Assembly (NCBI GenBank): GCA_000934665.2
Contig: KZ538207.1
Span: 1-64,000, forward strand
Source of the DNA: Catajapyx aquilonaris
Lineage: Eukaryota
Direction of reading: 5' to 3'
Length of the DNA stretch: 64,000 nt
Part shown: piece after piece, positions 36,486 through 49,900 of the stretch
How the letters are laid out: the number at the start of each line of letters is the position of its first letter
How positions within the stretch are numbered: position 1 is the first letter of the stretch
Made by a program: the position numbers and the translations under genes
Notes under the pieces: generated by a model
What the model was told of the DNA's origin: nothing
What the model saw: only the letters and a program-made list of their open reading frames with translations
The model's database searches: none

Positions 36486-39400
36486 AATGTTGATCATATT
36501 ATGCATTATTTATAATGGGATCGAGGCCGTGAAGAATCTTGTATTGTATGGTACATATTATATTTTGAATTATTATTTATAGGTTATATTTTGAAGTATA
36601 TTTCATATTATCGTCATTCATATTTATTACATTATTTATATGATACATTAATTTCAGCTTCAGGTCTGCTACCTTACTCCTTGCAACTGAAATATTAAAC
36701 ATCACTGTAAACCTGTAATATACTGAAATATTCTGAATAGGACGCAAAATGCATACCAGAGACCTTGGCGTTATGATCTGAAAGGGGCGAATGAGAAAGT
36801 CGGTAATGTTATAAACAACCTTTTTTATTTATTATTATTTTCCATAGATAGTAACTTGTCGTTAAAATAAAGAACTGGATAACAAATGAGCCACTTTTTT
36901 TTCTTGCGCACTTTTTTTTTTTTTTTTGTCCTTAATTCCTTTCTTGGGAAAAATCCTTTTTTTACACACACACAGAAAAACGAAGAAAAAAAAACCATAG
37001 GGGATTTCAAGCGTTCAAAACCTGATTGTAAATTTTTCCATACCTCATGGGAAATTGGCGAATCATTATTAATACTAGGATTAAAATAATCCCAAAAAAA
37101 TGGGTGGGAACTCACCCGGAGGAAAAAAAAAAAAAATACACAGGGATAAAAACAACCCCAGAAACATTATGATACAATCACATATTTTTTTCACTTTTTT
37201 AAAGGAGTGTAGCCAGCTATTGATGATAATAATAATCATAATTAATAATACACTATTATTATCATTACAATGCAGCTGAGGATTTGAAGATTCCAAGCAG
37301 GTCTTTGTAGTAAATTTGCAATCTGAGGTAATTATTGTAATGAGGATGACATGTGTTGTATGGGGGGGGGGGGGGAAAGGTCAGTGCAGGGGGAAAAAGG
37401 TCAAGAAGGGGTCAAGGACAAGAAGGAATTTTTCCCAGTGCTGATTTTTCCTAACATTATTATTTTTTTCCCTTTTTTTTTTCTTTAAAACCTACGTTTT
37501 GTCAACTATTTGCACTATAGTACAACATAACGGCATGGAACTATCCCTCTTTCAAATATTATCAACTATTGCGGGGAAAAAATGGTGGGCGATCAACAAC
37601 CACAAAAATGCAAGTCCTGAACCCATTGCTCTGTTATTTTCATCGTAATATGTCCCCATATTTCAGTCACTCTTTTGGAATAAGTTGCTTGGAATCTGCA
37701 TTTCAGTCTTTGGTATGTGGAAAAATAATAATAAAAAAAATAATTAACATGATAAGTAATAATACAATAATATTGTATGACGGACAGAAGTTATAAATAA
37801 ATAAGACGGAAGAGGGGGGAAGGGTTGCATTTAAAAAAAAAATTAATCCAAATTGAGAAATAATTAGCGAGTGAGGGGGAAAAAGAAAAAGAAATTACAA
37901 CTGCGGATTTGCTTGCACAGGTGTAAAAAGTACTGGTTGTTATTATTATGCGTCAACAATTTTCTTTTAATTGCAGGTCAAAAAGTTGCACAAAAAAAAA
38001 AAAACGCATGCAACAGCTTTTCAGAAAACACTTGTGTGGCAGTTTAAACTATGGATATGTTTCTCTCAGGAAGGAAACTAATTGCAGGGGATGTCCAGTG
38101 GCTGCATTTCGATCCTACACGTGTGGGGAAGTACAGGAATGTAAAACTGTGAGCAACAATGATTCTGCAAAAAAAAACAAAAAAAACAGAGCGGATAAAA
38201 ACCGGAAAAAAACCTAACATTGGAAGAATGGCAGTCCTGTTCCTGGAATGAACCAACAGTCAGCTATGAATCGTTACAATGGTTTAAAGGTGACCGGAGG
38301 AGTACATTATTATTATTAACAACAAGTAATAAATATCACTGGAGGTAGTTGGAACGGCATTGCTGTTTCCAGGCAAATTGTTAGGGTCAAAATGAGCCAC
38401 TGGGGTCGGATAAATTGGAGAGAAAAATTAAGGCGAGTTCTTCTTTGGTGGGTTTGTCATTATACCGGTTGTAATAAAAACCACATGAATTATTGCTAAC
38501 CAGGAAGAAAGCACAAGTTGAACTTGGGCAATAATGTAACACACACCCTCATCAATGATGATTGGCCACATATTTTTTTTTGGACGTATCGATGCACCTA
38601 AGTGTCTATTGTATTTTTCCCTCCTCATGTTTCGTAATACCTGATTGTATTAGGCGTGTGCATGCAACAATTACGGATCAGTTGCATATCATTAATTACA
38701 GCCGTAATGCCAAAGAGACAACAAGAACGTAGCAGTGTTGACTAAAACTCATTACCTCTAATGATGCGACATCATACCCATATTCTCACTAATTTTAAAC
38801 TATTCCTTGTGTTGTTCTTACGAAGCTGTCAGAATTACGGCCCACAAAAAATTGACAAGTAAACCTGCGTGACATTCAGTTTCGCATCACGAAAAGTAAA
38901 GTGACAATTAAAAATTCGCTGGGAGGTCTACAATTTGGGTGCGTGTTGCAATACTGCATCAATTTAAAAAAAAAAAAACAGTAAAAGCACGTGATTATTG
39001 GTTGGCAACCTCGGATTTTCAACATATCTTTGGTACGGTCGTAAGTAAGGCATTTGTTAGGTTAAAATCACAAGACTAGATTGTTGGGACTGCCAAGGTG
39101 ATGAAAAAACTTGCGGTTTCAGATAGAAAAATCGCATGAAAAGTGGAGGATATAACCACGCCAACAATCGCACTTTCACACAAAAGAGGGAGTCAGTCAA
39201 AAAACGTTAAATCCCATCGAAGAGATGAGCTTCAACTTGTTTCCAACAAGAACATGCTCCGGCACTTATTTTTGTTACTCTCAAGTGATATTCTGGTTTT
39301 TTTGGCCCACCGTACGAAACTGTAGTGGTTTCCCATTTTAAAAGGCGTAGACAAACACTGACAAGTTCTCGTTGCCAAAAAAGATGTGCAGTAAACTGTG

Positions 39401-40757
39401 CAAGCCAATCCTTTCCAGATACATTATTTTCCACGTTTTGTGCAGAAAATTTTCAAAACAAGTTCTGAGTCTTCGTTTAGCAACTTTGGCATCACTTCTT
39501 TTTTTTTTTTCAACTTCAAATTCCCCCACACTGCCATTTCTTGTTTTCAAAATAATAGAAAAATTTATGTACACAGCACTACCAATCAAAAGTGTCAGAC
39601 AAAAAAAAAAGTGGGAGCCATTATGTACAATCCACACATACATTTCACACTTTTCATTGCCATTTTTCCCCCTGCCATTCTCTTCTCTTGATTTAAAAAA
39701 AAAATTGAAAAAAAAAATGAAAAGAGTGACCAGGCTTGTTACATAACTCACTTCAACTACTAGTGTTTCGCTAATGTTACTTGTTTTGTTTTACTTGTAT
39801 TTTTTTATGTAACCTATTCTCCAATCAGTTCCCTAAGAAAATAAATACTTACAACTAGCTGCAACCATGACTTAGTTAAGATTGAAAAAATTAAATTGTA
39901 GAAACGCCATACCTTGTCTCCAAACCACAGGGGAGACGTGTTTTTTCTCCATTCATATTTACAATATGTGTACAACACCATGTTATTATTTATTTTTTCG
40001 ACAGTTTTATCTTCCTTTCTGGTTTTTGCCTGTTTCGATTTCGTTAAAGGATCAGATGAGGTACAGCCAATGTCATTTTTGTGAAATAATATTCACTAAA
40101 AAAAAAAAAAAATGGGAATGTAAAGAACATTAGTACACAGAAAGGAAGATATAAATTTATTTTTTTTCAATCCGTCTTTTGCCCTGCTGTCAAGTCAATC
40201 ACTTCCGCTTCGCCATGACCATTTACTATAAATTTATCTTCCATGTTTTCACTTGTCACACACGATCCCAAAGAGAAACAAAAAGACTGAACAGGTCCTT
40301 GTTTCACTTATGCATGATTGTGTTGTTGTTTTTTGTTGCCGTTCCGAACTAACAAATTGGGCTAAAAATTGCACACCTTTCCTGCAGCATCCCGGCTGCA
40401 GGGTGGGGAAAGGGGGGATAGAAAAAAAAGGGTTCAAGTCCAAATTGTGTTACTAATTTGTTCCGTGCTCGAACACACAAATAAATATGTACAAATCATG
40501 CAGAGCCGAGGAAATCGACAAAAAAAAAAAAGTAATAAACAAGCAATAATGTACAATACATACATACCGATACGGGTTTCAATGTGTCTTATGTTTGTGT
40601 AAGTGTGTAATGTGTGTAACGCGGGTTGTCAACTGTCTTTTTCGAGTGTATAGGCCACATGATCTGCTGCCACAAAAATTGCCAGAACAAAAACACATTC
40701 TATTCACAACGATCGCTAGAATGCAATGACTATCAGCAAAAAGTTAAGTTAAAAAAG

Positions 40758-40810
40758 CTCTCTCTCTCTCTCTCTCTTTCTCACTCTCTCTCTCTCACAC
40801 ACACACACAT
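40758..40810. repeat. (CT)n(CA)n microsatellite
   Basis: Visible dinucleotide run. Confidence 0.9.
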
Positions 40811-40963
40811 ACATAGTCTCTAGATTCCCATTATTTTTAAACTCCCCCCCTCCTACCATCTCAATTCCCTACCCTTCCCTCCCACCCCTTGCCAAAAACA
40901 AAAAAAAAACTTCACATCCCTACCCCCCCACCCAACCCTCCCAAAAAATTGCAAAGGAACTGC

Positions 40964-43900
40964 CTAAGTAGTGACGCTAGGGTGAGAGCTGGCCTTCGGT
41001 TGCAGCCCTGGTTCTTGTTGTGGTTGTTCTTGATGTGGTTGCAACGGCGGTTGTTGCAGGTGGAGAGGGGGGCCTGGGTCATGATGTGGGCTGCAGGACG
41101 TATGGCTTGGTGACCATGGCTGGAAAAGGAATTCAAATCGTTAATGAACTATGTCATTGCATTATTTTTGCTACCAATAGTGCGCATGTGATGACTTCAA
41201 CTACTATTCTTCAAACAACATATTGCATCTTTAGTTACTTTCCTATATGCCTCTTATGACACTGTAGAGGCCTTTCAAGGATAAGTTGTGTCAATCTTAC
41301 TGTATGATGTGCACTGAAGGGTAACATTTTTCCCCCCCTTACTGCGTGGTATGTACCTTATGAAATACTGTGGGGCTGGTCAAATATTGCAGTTTCAGGA
41401 ATGGTATGAATTAAGACATCCCACCTCTCAGGTTGAAAATTATTGCATGATTCAACGTCTCTGGTTATGCAATACTCACCGGGCTTCTAGTAGGACCAGT
41501 GCACATTCTGATGTGCACTTGATGCTTGTGGCTACTGAACGGTCTTCTCTCCAGTGCTTCCTCTGACAAATTGCTGCCAAAATAAAATTGCACGTATTAC
41601 AAACATGTTGGGATTGTAATAAAGATGCGATATTTACCTGAGGGCTTGTTCTTTTCGTTTTCGTCGTATATATATGCAGCTAGCTATAGACACAACGACG
41701 ACCAGAAGAACAGCTACAGTAGCCCCAGAGGCGATGCTTGCAGTTTCTAGCATAACTCGCTCTCGGGAAGCTGCAATATAAAAAGGCCACGTATTATGTC
41801 ACGGTCGCAACAATGCTTCACCTCACCTATGACCTACGAGAAAGAATGCCACCCTTCTTTTTTTTTCTTGTTTTATTTCGAGTCAGTCAGGTATAAAGGC
41901 AATGATCTTATTGTCAGCAGTAGCGCACTTCCTCTTCCTACCTCAACCCCAATTACGGGCCCTTTTTGGAATTCTCCTTGATGACTCCCCCTCACCCCCC
42001 CCTTATTCTTGGGTTCTAAAGGAGGCGCCCCCATAAACGTTCTGCTGGATAAGCAAGCCCAATTAGCAGGAGCCACAAAAAAAAAATCCGCACATGCACG
42101 CCATTAAACAGATTGCAAAATTTTGGACTGCGACGACGTTACCAGTTCAAAATGTGGCGGCTGATCACATAACCCGCTTCAGATCATATGTCACAGCAAC
42201 AGATATGTTTCTTACAAGAAATAGTTCAATGTATGTTTCATATCAATTACTTTAGTTCAGCCAATGTTTACTTCTACTATTTAATGAAGCGGTTGGACAG
42301 CGGGCAGAGTGTAAGGAGATAAATTGCTTCAATTTTTCTTTTCCCCCCTAAGCCTGCCAGTATTTAATGGAAGCACACAGGTCTAGTGCATTGCATTCTA
42401 GGTCTGCTGATCTCAGTTCCTGCTTCTCCATGCCTTGATACCCACGCCCTGGAAAACGAAAGCGTGAAAAGGTAACCTCCTCCCCCCCCCCCCNNNNNNN
42501 NNNNNNNNNNNNNNNNNNNNNNNNNNNNNNNNNNNNNNNNNNNNNNNNNNNNNNNNNNNNNNNNNNNNNNNNNNNNNNNNNNNNNNNNNNNNNNNNNNNN
42601 NNNNNNNNNNNNNNNNNNNNNNNNNNNNNNNNNNNNNNNNNNNNNNNNNNNNNNNNNNNNNNNNNNNNNNNNNNNNNNNNNNNNNNNNNNNNNNNNNNNN
42701 NNNNNNNNNNNNNGGGGGGGGGGGGGGGGGGGGGGAAAGGCAAGTTTTCGCAATGTTCTAGTAGTGAAAATTGGGGGCGAAAATGTAGCGGAACATTACC
42801 GGACATTTTTGGACGCCAAAATTGCATTGTTTGTTTTATTCGTTTCCTCTCACGTGGTATTCGTCAAATAATATTTAAAAAAATTGCAGGGGGTATATAC
42901 ATTTCACGCTTTCTGTCCCTGCCTCACATGTACACACAATATTTGCACTTAAGCATGATACATATGGGTAAAACGGGCACTGTATCTAGGGGATTTTACG
43001 AAGCTCGTTTTGAAGGGGGGTGGCAACAATAACGTGTTCAAACTTCCTGTCTTTCGGGGCCACACGCGAGCCCTTTTCACACCTTCCAATTGCTTCCAAT
43101 GCAAACTTTACCGCCCCTTGAATTAAAACCACACATGGCACATCACATGCAGTCAATGCAACACCCACGGATCCTGGTATGCGCCCAAAAACCGATATTG
43201 TGAGAAGGCATGTGATATCACAATGGCGCAATATTTTTGTTTTTGTAAATAAATGTGATACAGCGCCCGTTTCCTACTTTCTGACACAAATCTACACACA
43301 CAACACACAAAAAAACACTGCCATCCACAAATTTGTTAATTCATAACTAACTACTTAAGAAGCGACTTTATGTACAAAAATCACGCCAGAAGGTGTCCGA
43401 ATCCAAATTTCCCTTCTTTACGTTTATCATTGTCATCATGGCTAAATTTTCAATAAATTATATATTTTTTTAAAACACTTTCTGTCGCCAGCAATATCCA
43501 CACATCTCAAATGTAAAATGAAGGTTACAAAAAATACGTAACTTAAAAAAGAAGAGTAAATATATAAACAAACAAGAGAGTTCACACTTTGAGACATATG
43601 GACCTGACTACTCACGTAACTATCTATGCAACGTCCCACCTACATTACCTGCCGACCTTTTCAACCTGAGGAAGTCTGAATGGGGATGAAGCGGGGCTCC
43701 GATTAGCTCTTCGGGGTTGTCAAGAAAAATAAAGGAATTGATGGTGGTTGATGAAGGTGCGGTAGAACCAGGAATCGCGCAGGAAGCATGTGGAAGAGAA
43801 GGAGAAGAGAAAAAAAATGCAAAAAAAAGGGGAGTTAAGTCACTTTGGGAGTTGCCATTCTTTTTTTTTTCTACTTATAGTCCCCTATACCAACCCCCCA

Positions 43901-46900
43901 TGTTACCAAAAGGCCTGGTTCTTAAACAATACTACAAAAAGAAAAAGAGAGAGAGGATTTATCACCTCTACTGACCAAGCGAGGACTCTGCACCATCCAC
44001 CACTATACCCTCAACACCTCGAGTCACACCAATGAATTTTAGGAGAGTTGAGTTGGAAGAAGCCCGAAGAAGGGTTAGAGTGAAGGCATTTTTCCCCCTT
44101 AAAGGATACTTACGTAAATACGACCCGTCCAGGTCTTTGAACTCGCATCTTTGGCCCATGTATCCGTCTGCACACCTGTCAGGGGGGTAGAAGAAATTGG
44201 ATCATCAGTCACCGATGCAGAAAAAACGACCAACAGATGGCTGCACATGGCGGCCACGCTTCTCCACGCTCCCGGCAGGTGGCAGCGCGCCTTTTATTAT
44301 CAAACTCGCAACACATGACCGCACATTCACAACGAAATGTCAGAAATGTGACACTCAGTTGAAAGAATCCAACAGGCCGGAGAGAAAAATAAAATAAGGA
44401 GCATTAAGTGCTAAAGTTCGGCATGTTATCCCCCACTTGTCGACAGATGGCAGCACAGTCGCCGCCAGCTTCCTGGCTTTCCCGGCGCGTGGTAGCACTC
44501 TATCACAGGCATTTTTGTAGGCATTGCAAAAACCACGCCTCAGCTCCCGAAAATCGCGTGAGAATCCTCGTGTTTAATCCGTCGAAACGAGCAAACAATC
44601 GGGCATTACAGGTAAAGGGGGGTGGGGCTGTAGCAATGGCCTCGGCACAAATGGCACCAACTGAAAACATGTCTCAGCAAACAAGCAGATATCTAATCTG
44701 TCCTATGGATTCGCAATAGTGCATAAATTCAGATTTTGAAATAGCAAAACATTTTCTGTCCAACAAAGTCAATCGCCTCCGTATTTTTCAATGTCGCATT
44801 TTTTATTATTTTTTTAAAAAAAATAGTGAATTAAATTTTTGCCTGAATTGTCAAAGAATGACAGAGCCTGGGAATCATTTTAACGCAAATATCGTGCGGC
44901 CTTGGTTGTATACAAGGGGAGGACGGGGCGAAAATTCTGTGCATGATGGGTCTTCTGCACGCTCAGCCCATCAACCTTGCACTGTCAGGCAAAACCCAAT
45001 CTTTCACCGGCTTCCCATCACTCCATGGCTTATTTCGATGACCTCCAGCCTCACCCTGTACAATATTGGTCTCGGTTGCGTCACGGTCGCCTCTCCATAT
45101 ACCAAACGGTCAGAATGTCCCATCAAACTAACAAAACACTCGTAATTTATTAAACAGCAATTTCGTCAGACAACGCCTTATGCAAGATATTTATTTATTT
45201 ACTATAGAGGGAGCGATGTAGACTATACTTTTCTAGCGATCTAATGGGTAGTTTCCCCTCCCACCCACCAGAGGCGCTGTCTCCACCCCATTGCGCATGC
45301 GCAGAACGGGGGCCAATAGGAAGCGTCCCCAGTAACAATATGAGACGGACCAATCAGAAGACATAATAGGATTTTAATATTATAGATTTTGTCATTTGTG
45401 TATTTAATGCTAAAGAGCGTTGCTTTTCCCATTAGAGGAGGTCACAACAAAATGTGTGATAAATAAAGCCGGACACGGTTTGTTACACATTTTGGAGCAT
45501 TTCCATCACCTCTTGTTAGTGTTTTGAAATAGCAATCAAGTCAGTTGGACCTATGTAGCATTTTCTGGGTACGGTAAACCAAGCTAACTATTTAACGGTG
45601 GGGTCGTAAACAAAACGGGAGTTACGAGCCGGCACCGTATGTCACAAGAGAGTGTTTTTTTAAAAATAAAAAAAGAAGTATATTATTAATGGCAGAGAGT
45701 TCAATGCCTGCTAAACAGTTTTCGGTCGGAAATAATCCAGGACCCAACCTGGCGATACAAACGAAAAAAAAAAAAAAAAAACAGTTTTGAGAAGGAAAGA
45801 GCACGACCCTGGACCCATTCCTGCCAACACAAACCACTTCCTGCGCAGCTTCCATTTCAAAAGCCAACTTCCTCTTTATATGAAAAGAGCCTCGTTGTTC
45901 ACCTGCTGGGACCGTAAAAAAAATTCAGCTTGAATATATACAAAAAAACAACAACAACTGCGGCACGTTTGCGAAAAATTCCACCCAGCGCAAGCAGTGA
46001 TGATACCTCAGGAAACCGCACCTCAGCCTGCTTCTTATTACATCCGAGAGTACAGGTAAACAGGTGCGCCTGTTACGTCATTTAATAAACAACAGCTGCA
46101 TTTTAAGGTGTACGGTATTGCACGGAAATTCCCCAGGTGGACTGCACGTCAGCGCGCAATACGTACATAAATTATATTAAGAGGTGAGGCAATAATTACT
46201 TGAAGTGCATTTATACATCATCAAATCAAGCATCAAGTGGTCCGATTGCACCACCGCCAGAAAAAATTTTCCGGCTGGAAAGTTTCCTCTTAATTGCTGA
46301 CAGCTCTTTTCCAGTGTTTACTGGAGATGGTGCAACCGAAACACTGTACGAAAATTGGCCAATTATAATCCGAGGTCGTAACAATGAGCGAAGTTCACAC
46401 GATTTTACGTCGTAAAATGTCAAAGATGGAGGAGGAAAAAAACCCGAGTTTACATAACCAGAAGACATCCGGAAGTGTAATGAGAGTCTCATTACACGGA
46501 CAAACATGACTTGTCATGACCTTGCTCCCTTGTGGCCATATATGAGAGGGGGGTGACCCTACTTTTTTGCAAAAAACACATGAAAAGTAGGTGAAGGTCG
46601 CGAAATGAGTCCGAATTATGACTTACTCGCAGTTGTAAAGGATGGAGTCGCCTATATTGATGGTGAAACAGGTGGCACCGTTGAGACAATACCAGGCTGC
46701 GTAGGTAGGCGGACAAGCGTACGTCTGGAATGTGACGTTGGGCCGCAGCGTCGGACTTGGCGCCCGAGGCTTCGGCGTCGACCTGCTCGAGCATGACTCT
46801 GTAAAGAGAGAGAGAGAAAAATGTCCGGGGTGAGTCATCAGTATAGAGCGCCCTCTATGTGGGAGTCCCAGTGCTGCCACCTTTTGACGCGAATCATGTT

Positions 46901-49900
46901 TGGAAAAAACAGGGTGTCCTTCCACATTAATGAATCCAGTGTTTCCTGGGCAGCTCATTAAATGGCCGCATCCTTGCACCTGCCGATTTCCTTGGCCGTG
47001 GGCGCAATGGTCGAGCCCCACTGCCCTTAGCTTCCCTTCCACCATCACCCACCCCACATACAGCACCGCGGTAACACGAAGGGGGATACAGCACCGGGGC
47101 CATCCGATACGCCACCAGCACTGGGTCGGAACCAAAGGGCCAAACCGGACGTGGATGGGGCTCGGCTTGACCCAAACCACCAGCAACTTGCTAACTATCA
47201 GCCACACCAACTGATGCCCACTCAGTGGTTGCTTCACATATGCAAATGTGTCAGGTATATGAACGTGTAAGCGGAAATTGCGGCACATTGTGAATGGAAG
47301 TTTGGTTGGTGGTATACCCTGCCAGGATATGTGTCGCAACAAGGCAACAATAAATGTTACAAAACACCTTCTCATACCTTTTTGTCCCTTGCCTGATGGG
47401 ACAAAGCAAGAAAATCATTTCCGTACCTCTACAGCACCCTGACTTAAAATACAAAGTCCCCAACCCAAGAAAATCCAAGAATAGAACCGCGCCGCCCGCC
47501 GAACTTAATTTCCTCGTCAAGAAACAATGACATTAACGGCGACAAAGGAAGAGGAAAAAAAAGGAGCAGCATCGGATGTGATGAGTACTTTTCCGCTCTT
47601 CCTTTTCGGAAGAAGGGAGGGAACAGCCAAAAACGGAAGGAATTACGCCCAGAAAACGTTCCTCTCCAATGACTGGATTTCCATGGGAATCTCCTACAGA
47701 ATGATTTCATCATCATGGCTTGTCCGGGTCAACCAAACTTAAATATTAGCTACTTTAAGCAATACCTGCATAAACATCTGATTTGTCACGGCTGTCTAGT
47801 CACTTTTTATTACCACTTTTCCTGTCAGGAAGTTGCCTCCTTCCGGACCCCCATATACAAAAAATGATCTCAAGCAGGCCTGCAGATGACACCCTAAAAT
47901 TTGACCATGGGTCTGGACAGCATATGTGGGTCTAATGTAAATATGACCCGAGACCCAGACAGATCTTTGGGGTCAAGGGAGCCTCCGTCTGGCGTAACAG
48001 GTTAGTCTGTCTTCCGCCGCCATATAATTAGCTGCCAAGAACCCCCCAAAATAGCCCGGGACAGCAGCCGGGTCCATATAATGCTACCCGAAAAATACCC
48101 GGTCCTAAAACCGCCCTGAAAAATGTTTTAAACCAAGGTTAAATATCCTGCGGTAGTTTTTGGTCGCGTGCAGATTTTTTTTTCTCTCTCTTCTTCTCTC
48201 CCATAAGGTTCACGGGGGGTTAAACGCAACGGAAAATAAATTTTCGTGTCCAAAATGGCGCGCGTTTCGTGTCATGATATACAGACGTGGTGCCAAGTTT
48301 ATACTGTGGGTTCAATTCGAGAGTCAAGTGTAAGGTTTTTTGGGGGGTGCCAACTTCAAACTTGTTTCGGTTCGAAATTCCACCCTCCATATATACTCCG
48401 GAACATTAGCCCCCCAATGCCTATTGGCAAATTAAATATTGATTTGCACCCGCTGACAAAGAGAGGTCTCAAAAAAGGCCAAATGCGATGCAAATATTTG
48501 TGATGTTACAATCGATCAGCGGACGAGCTGACAGCTATACAGAGCGGTGCATAAAGAAACGCGGTTTTGCATTGGGTAAAAAGTACCTATAATTATGTGG
48601 GTTATTGCCCTTTAAAAATATTGTTGACTTCAAGAAGTGTAGTTCGAAAGTCAGATTCAGGCACAGGTCGCGACCTTTGCCTGAATCTGACTTCGAACTA
48701 CACTTGAAGTCAACAATATTTTTAAAGGGCAATAACCCATCACATAATTATACTGAGGTACTTTTTACCCAATTTTAGAGACATATGATTCGGATTATTC
48801 GGAATGAGCCAAAGCAACTATGGCTATAGCTATACAGCTACAAGAAACTACAAGAAGACCACAAAGGTGAGACAGATCTTGTCGGTCTCCTGTCCGACTA
48901 AGCCTTGAAAGTACCGCCGGCATAGCTCTGGGGGTCACGAAAGAAACGCAAGCGCCCCCCTATCACCACTATTTAGAGACATAAAACTCATATGAAGAGT
49001 ACTTGGTGACAGCCCATTCATCAGCATATTTTTCCCCCAGGAGAGAACAACACCCTGTGACACGTCATGGGCACCCCCAAAGAGAGTATAATACGAGACA
49101 TATAACCCCCTCACCCAACCGAAAGAGAGCCTTATTTGTGCACGCACCGAACAAAAGGAACAATAGTTCTTCAGGGCGCATGAACAATGGCCATTTACCG
49201 CTCTTGCGCTGCCACCGCCGATTATCCTCTCCCAAGCAACAACAATACTTCCCCTACCAATAAGGACAAGAGGGATGGACTAAGCAGGAAGGTAAACAGG
49301 ACATTGGTGTCTGCGAATTAATCAGGGGGGGGGGGGGGAAGCCGTATTTGCAAAGGTCAGCATGGTGGGTTAACAAGCAACCCCCAATTTAGTTAGTCTC
49401 TTGGCAAGTACACCCGGGGGTATACGCCGTGTCTGGGATGCTGCTGCACATCGCAAAACAATGGTGGACAATGAATGCTCCTGGGGGCCATTATCCGGCT
49501 CCTTATGCTTCTTGTTGACCCTTGGGCTGCAGCCGGGGGTCTGTTGACCAACAGCCACATCTGTCCACTTATACCACCCCCACAGCCTCCCATTCAGATC
49601 CCAGGGCACACGCCTGGTCCTTTTTGCACCCATATAACCCCCAAAACCGACAGCTGCCGATGCCGCTCCTTCAAAGGAGGCTTCTGGATGGATGGATGGA
49701 TGGATGGATGGTTTGGGTGTTCCCTAGAGGGGGTGGGTTGCCCCATATTGGGTTACACTTCGGAGTGTGCCCAACTCGTATACTCCCGTAAGTGACAACT
49801 TCCTCCGAGGTCCCCCTAAAAGAGGTCCGCAACAACGACACATCTTGACTTATGGAGACCCCCATAAACTCCACAAGTCCGATCAACAGCTGGCCAGACC

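Noticed and set aside
35882..36582. Hydrophobic Y/I/F/C-rich ORFs
   Set aside because: They are translations of an AT-rich minisatellite.
42348..42827. ORFs spanning X runs
   Set aside because: Artefact of the N gap.
46623..47375. The 250-aa ORF as a full protein
   Set aside because: Only 46798-46627 is exon; the rest is intron read-through upstream of a polypyrimidine acceptor.
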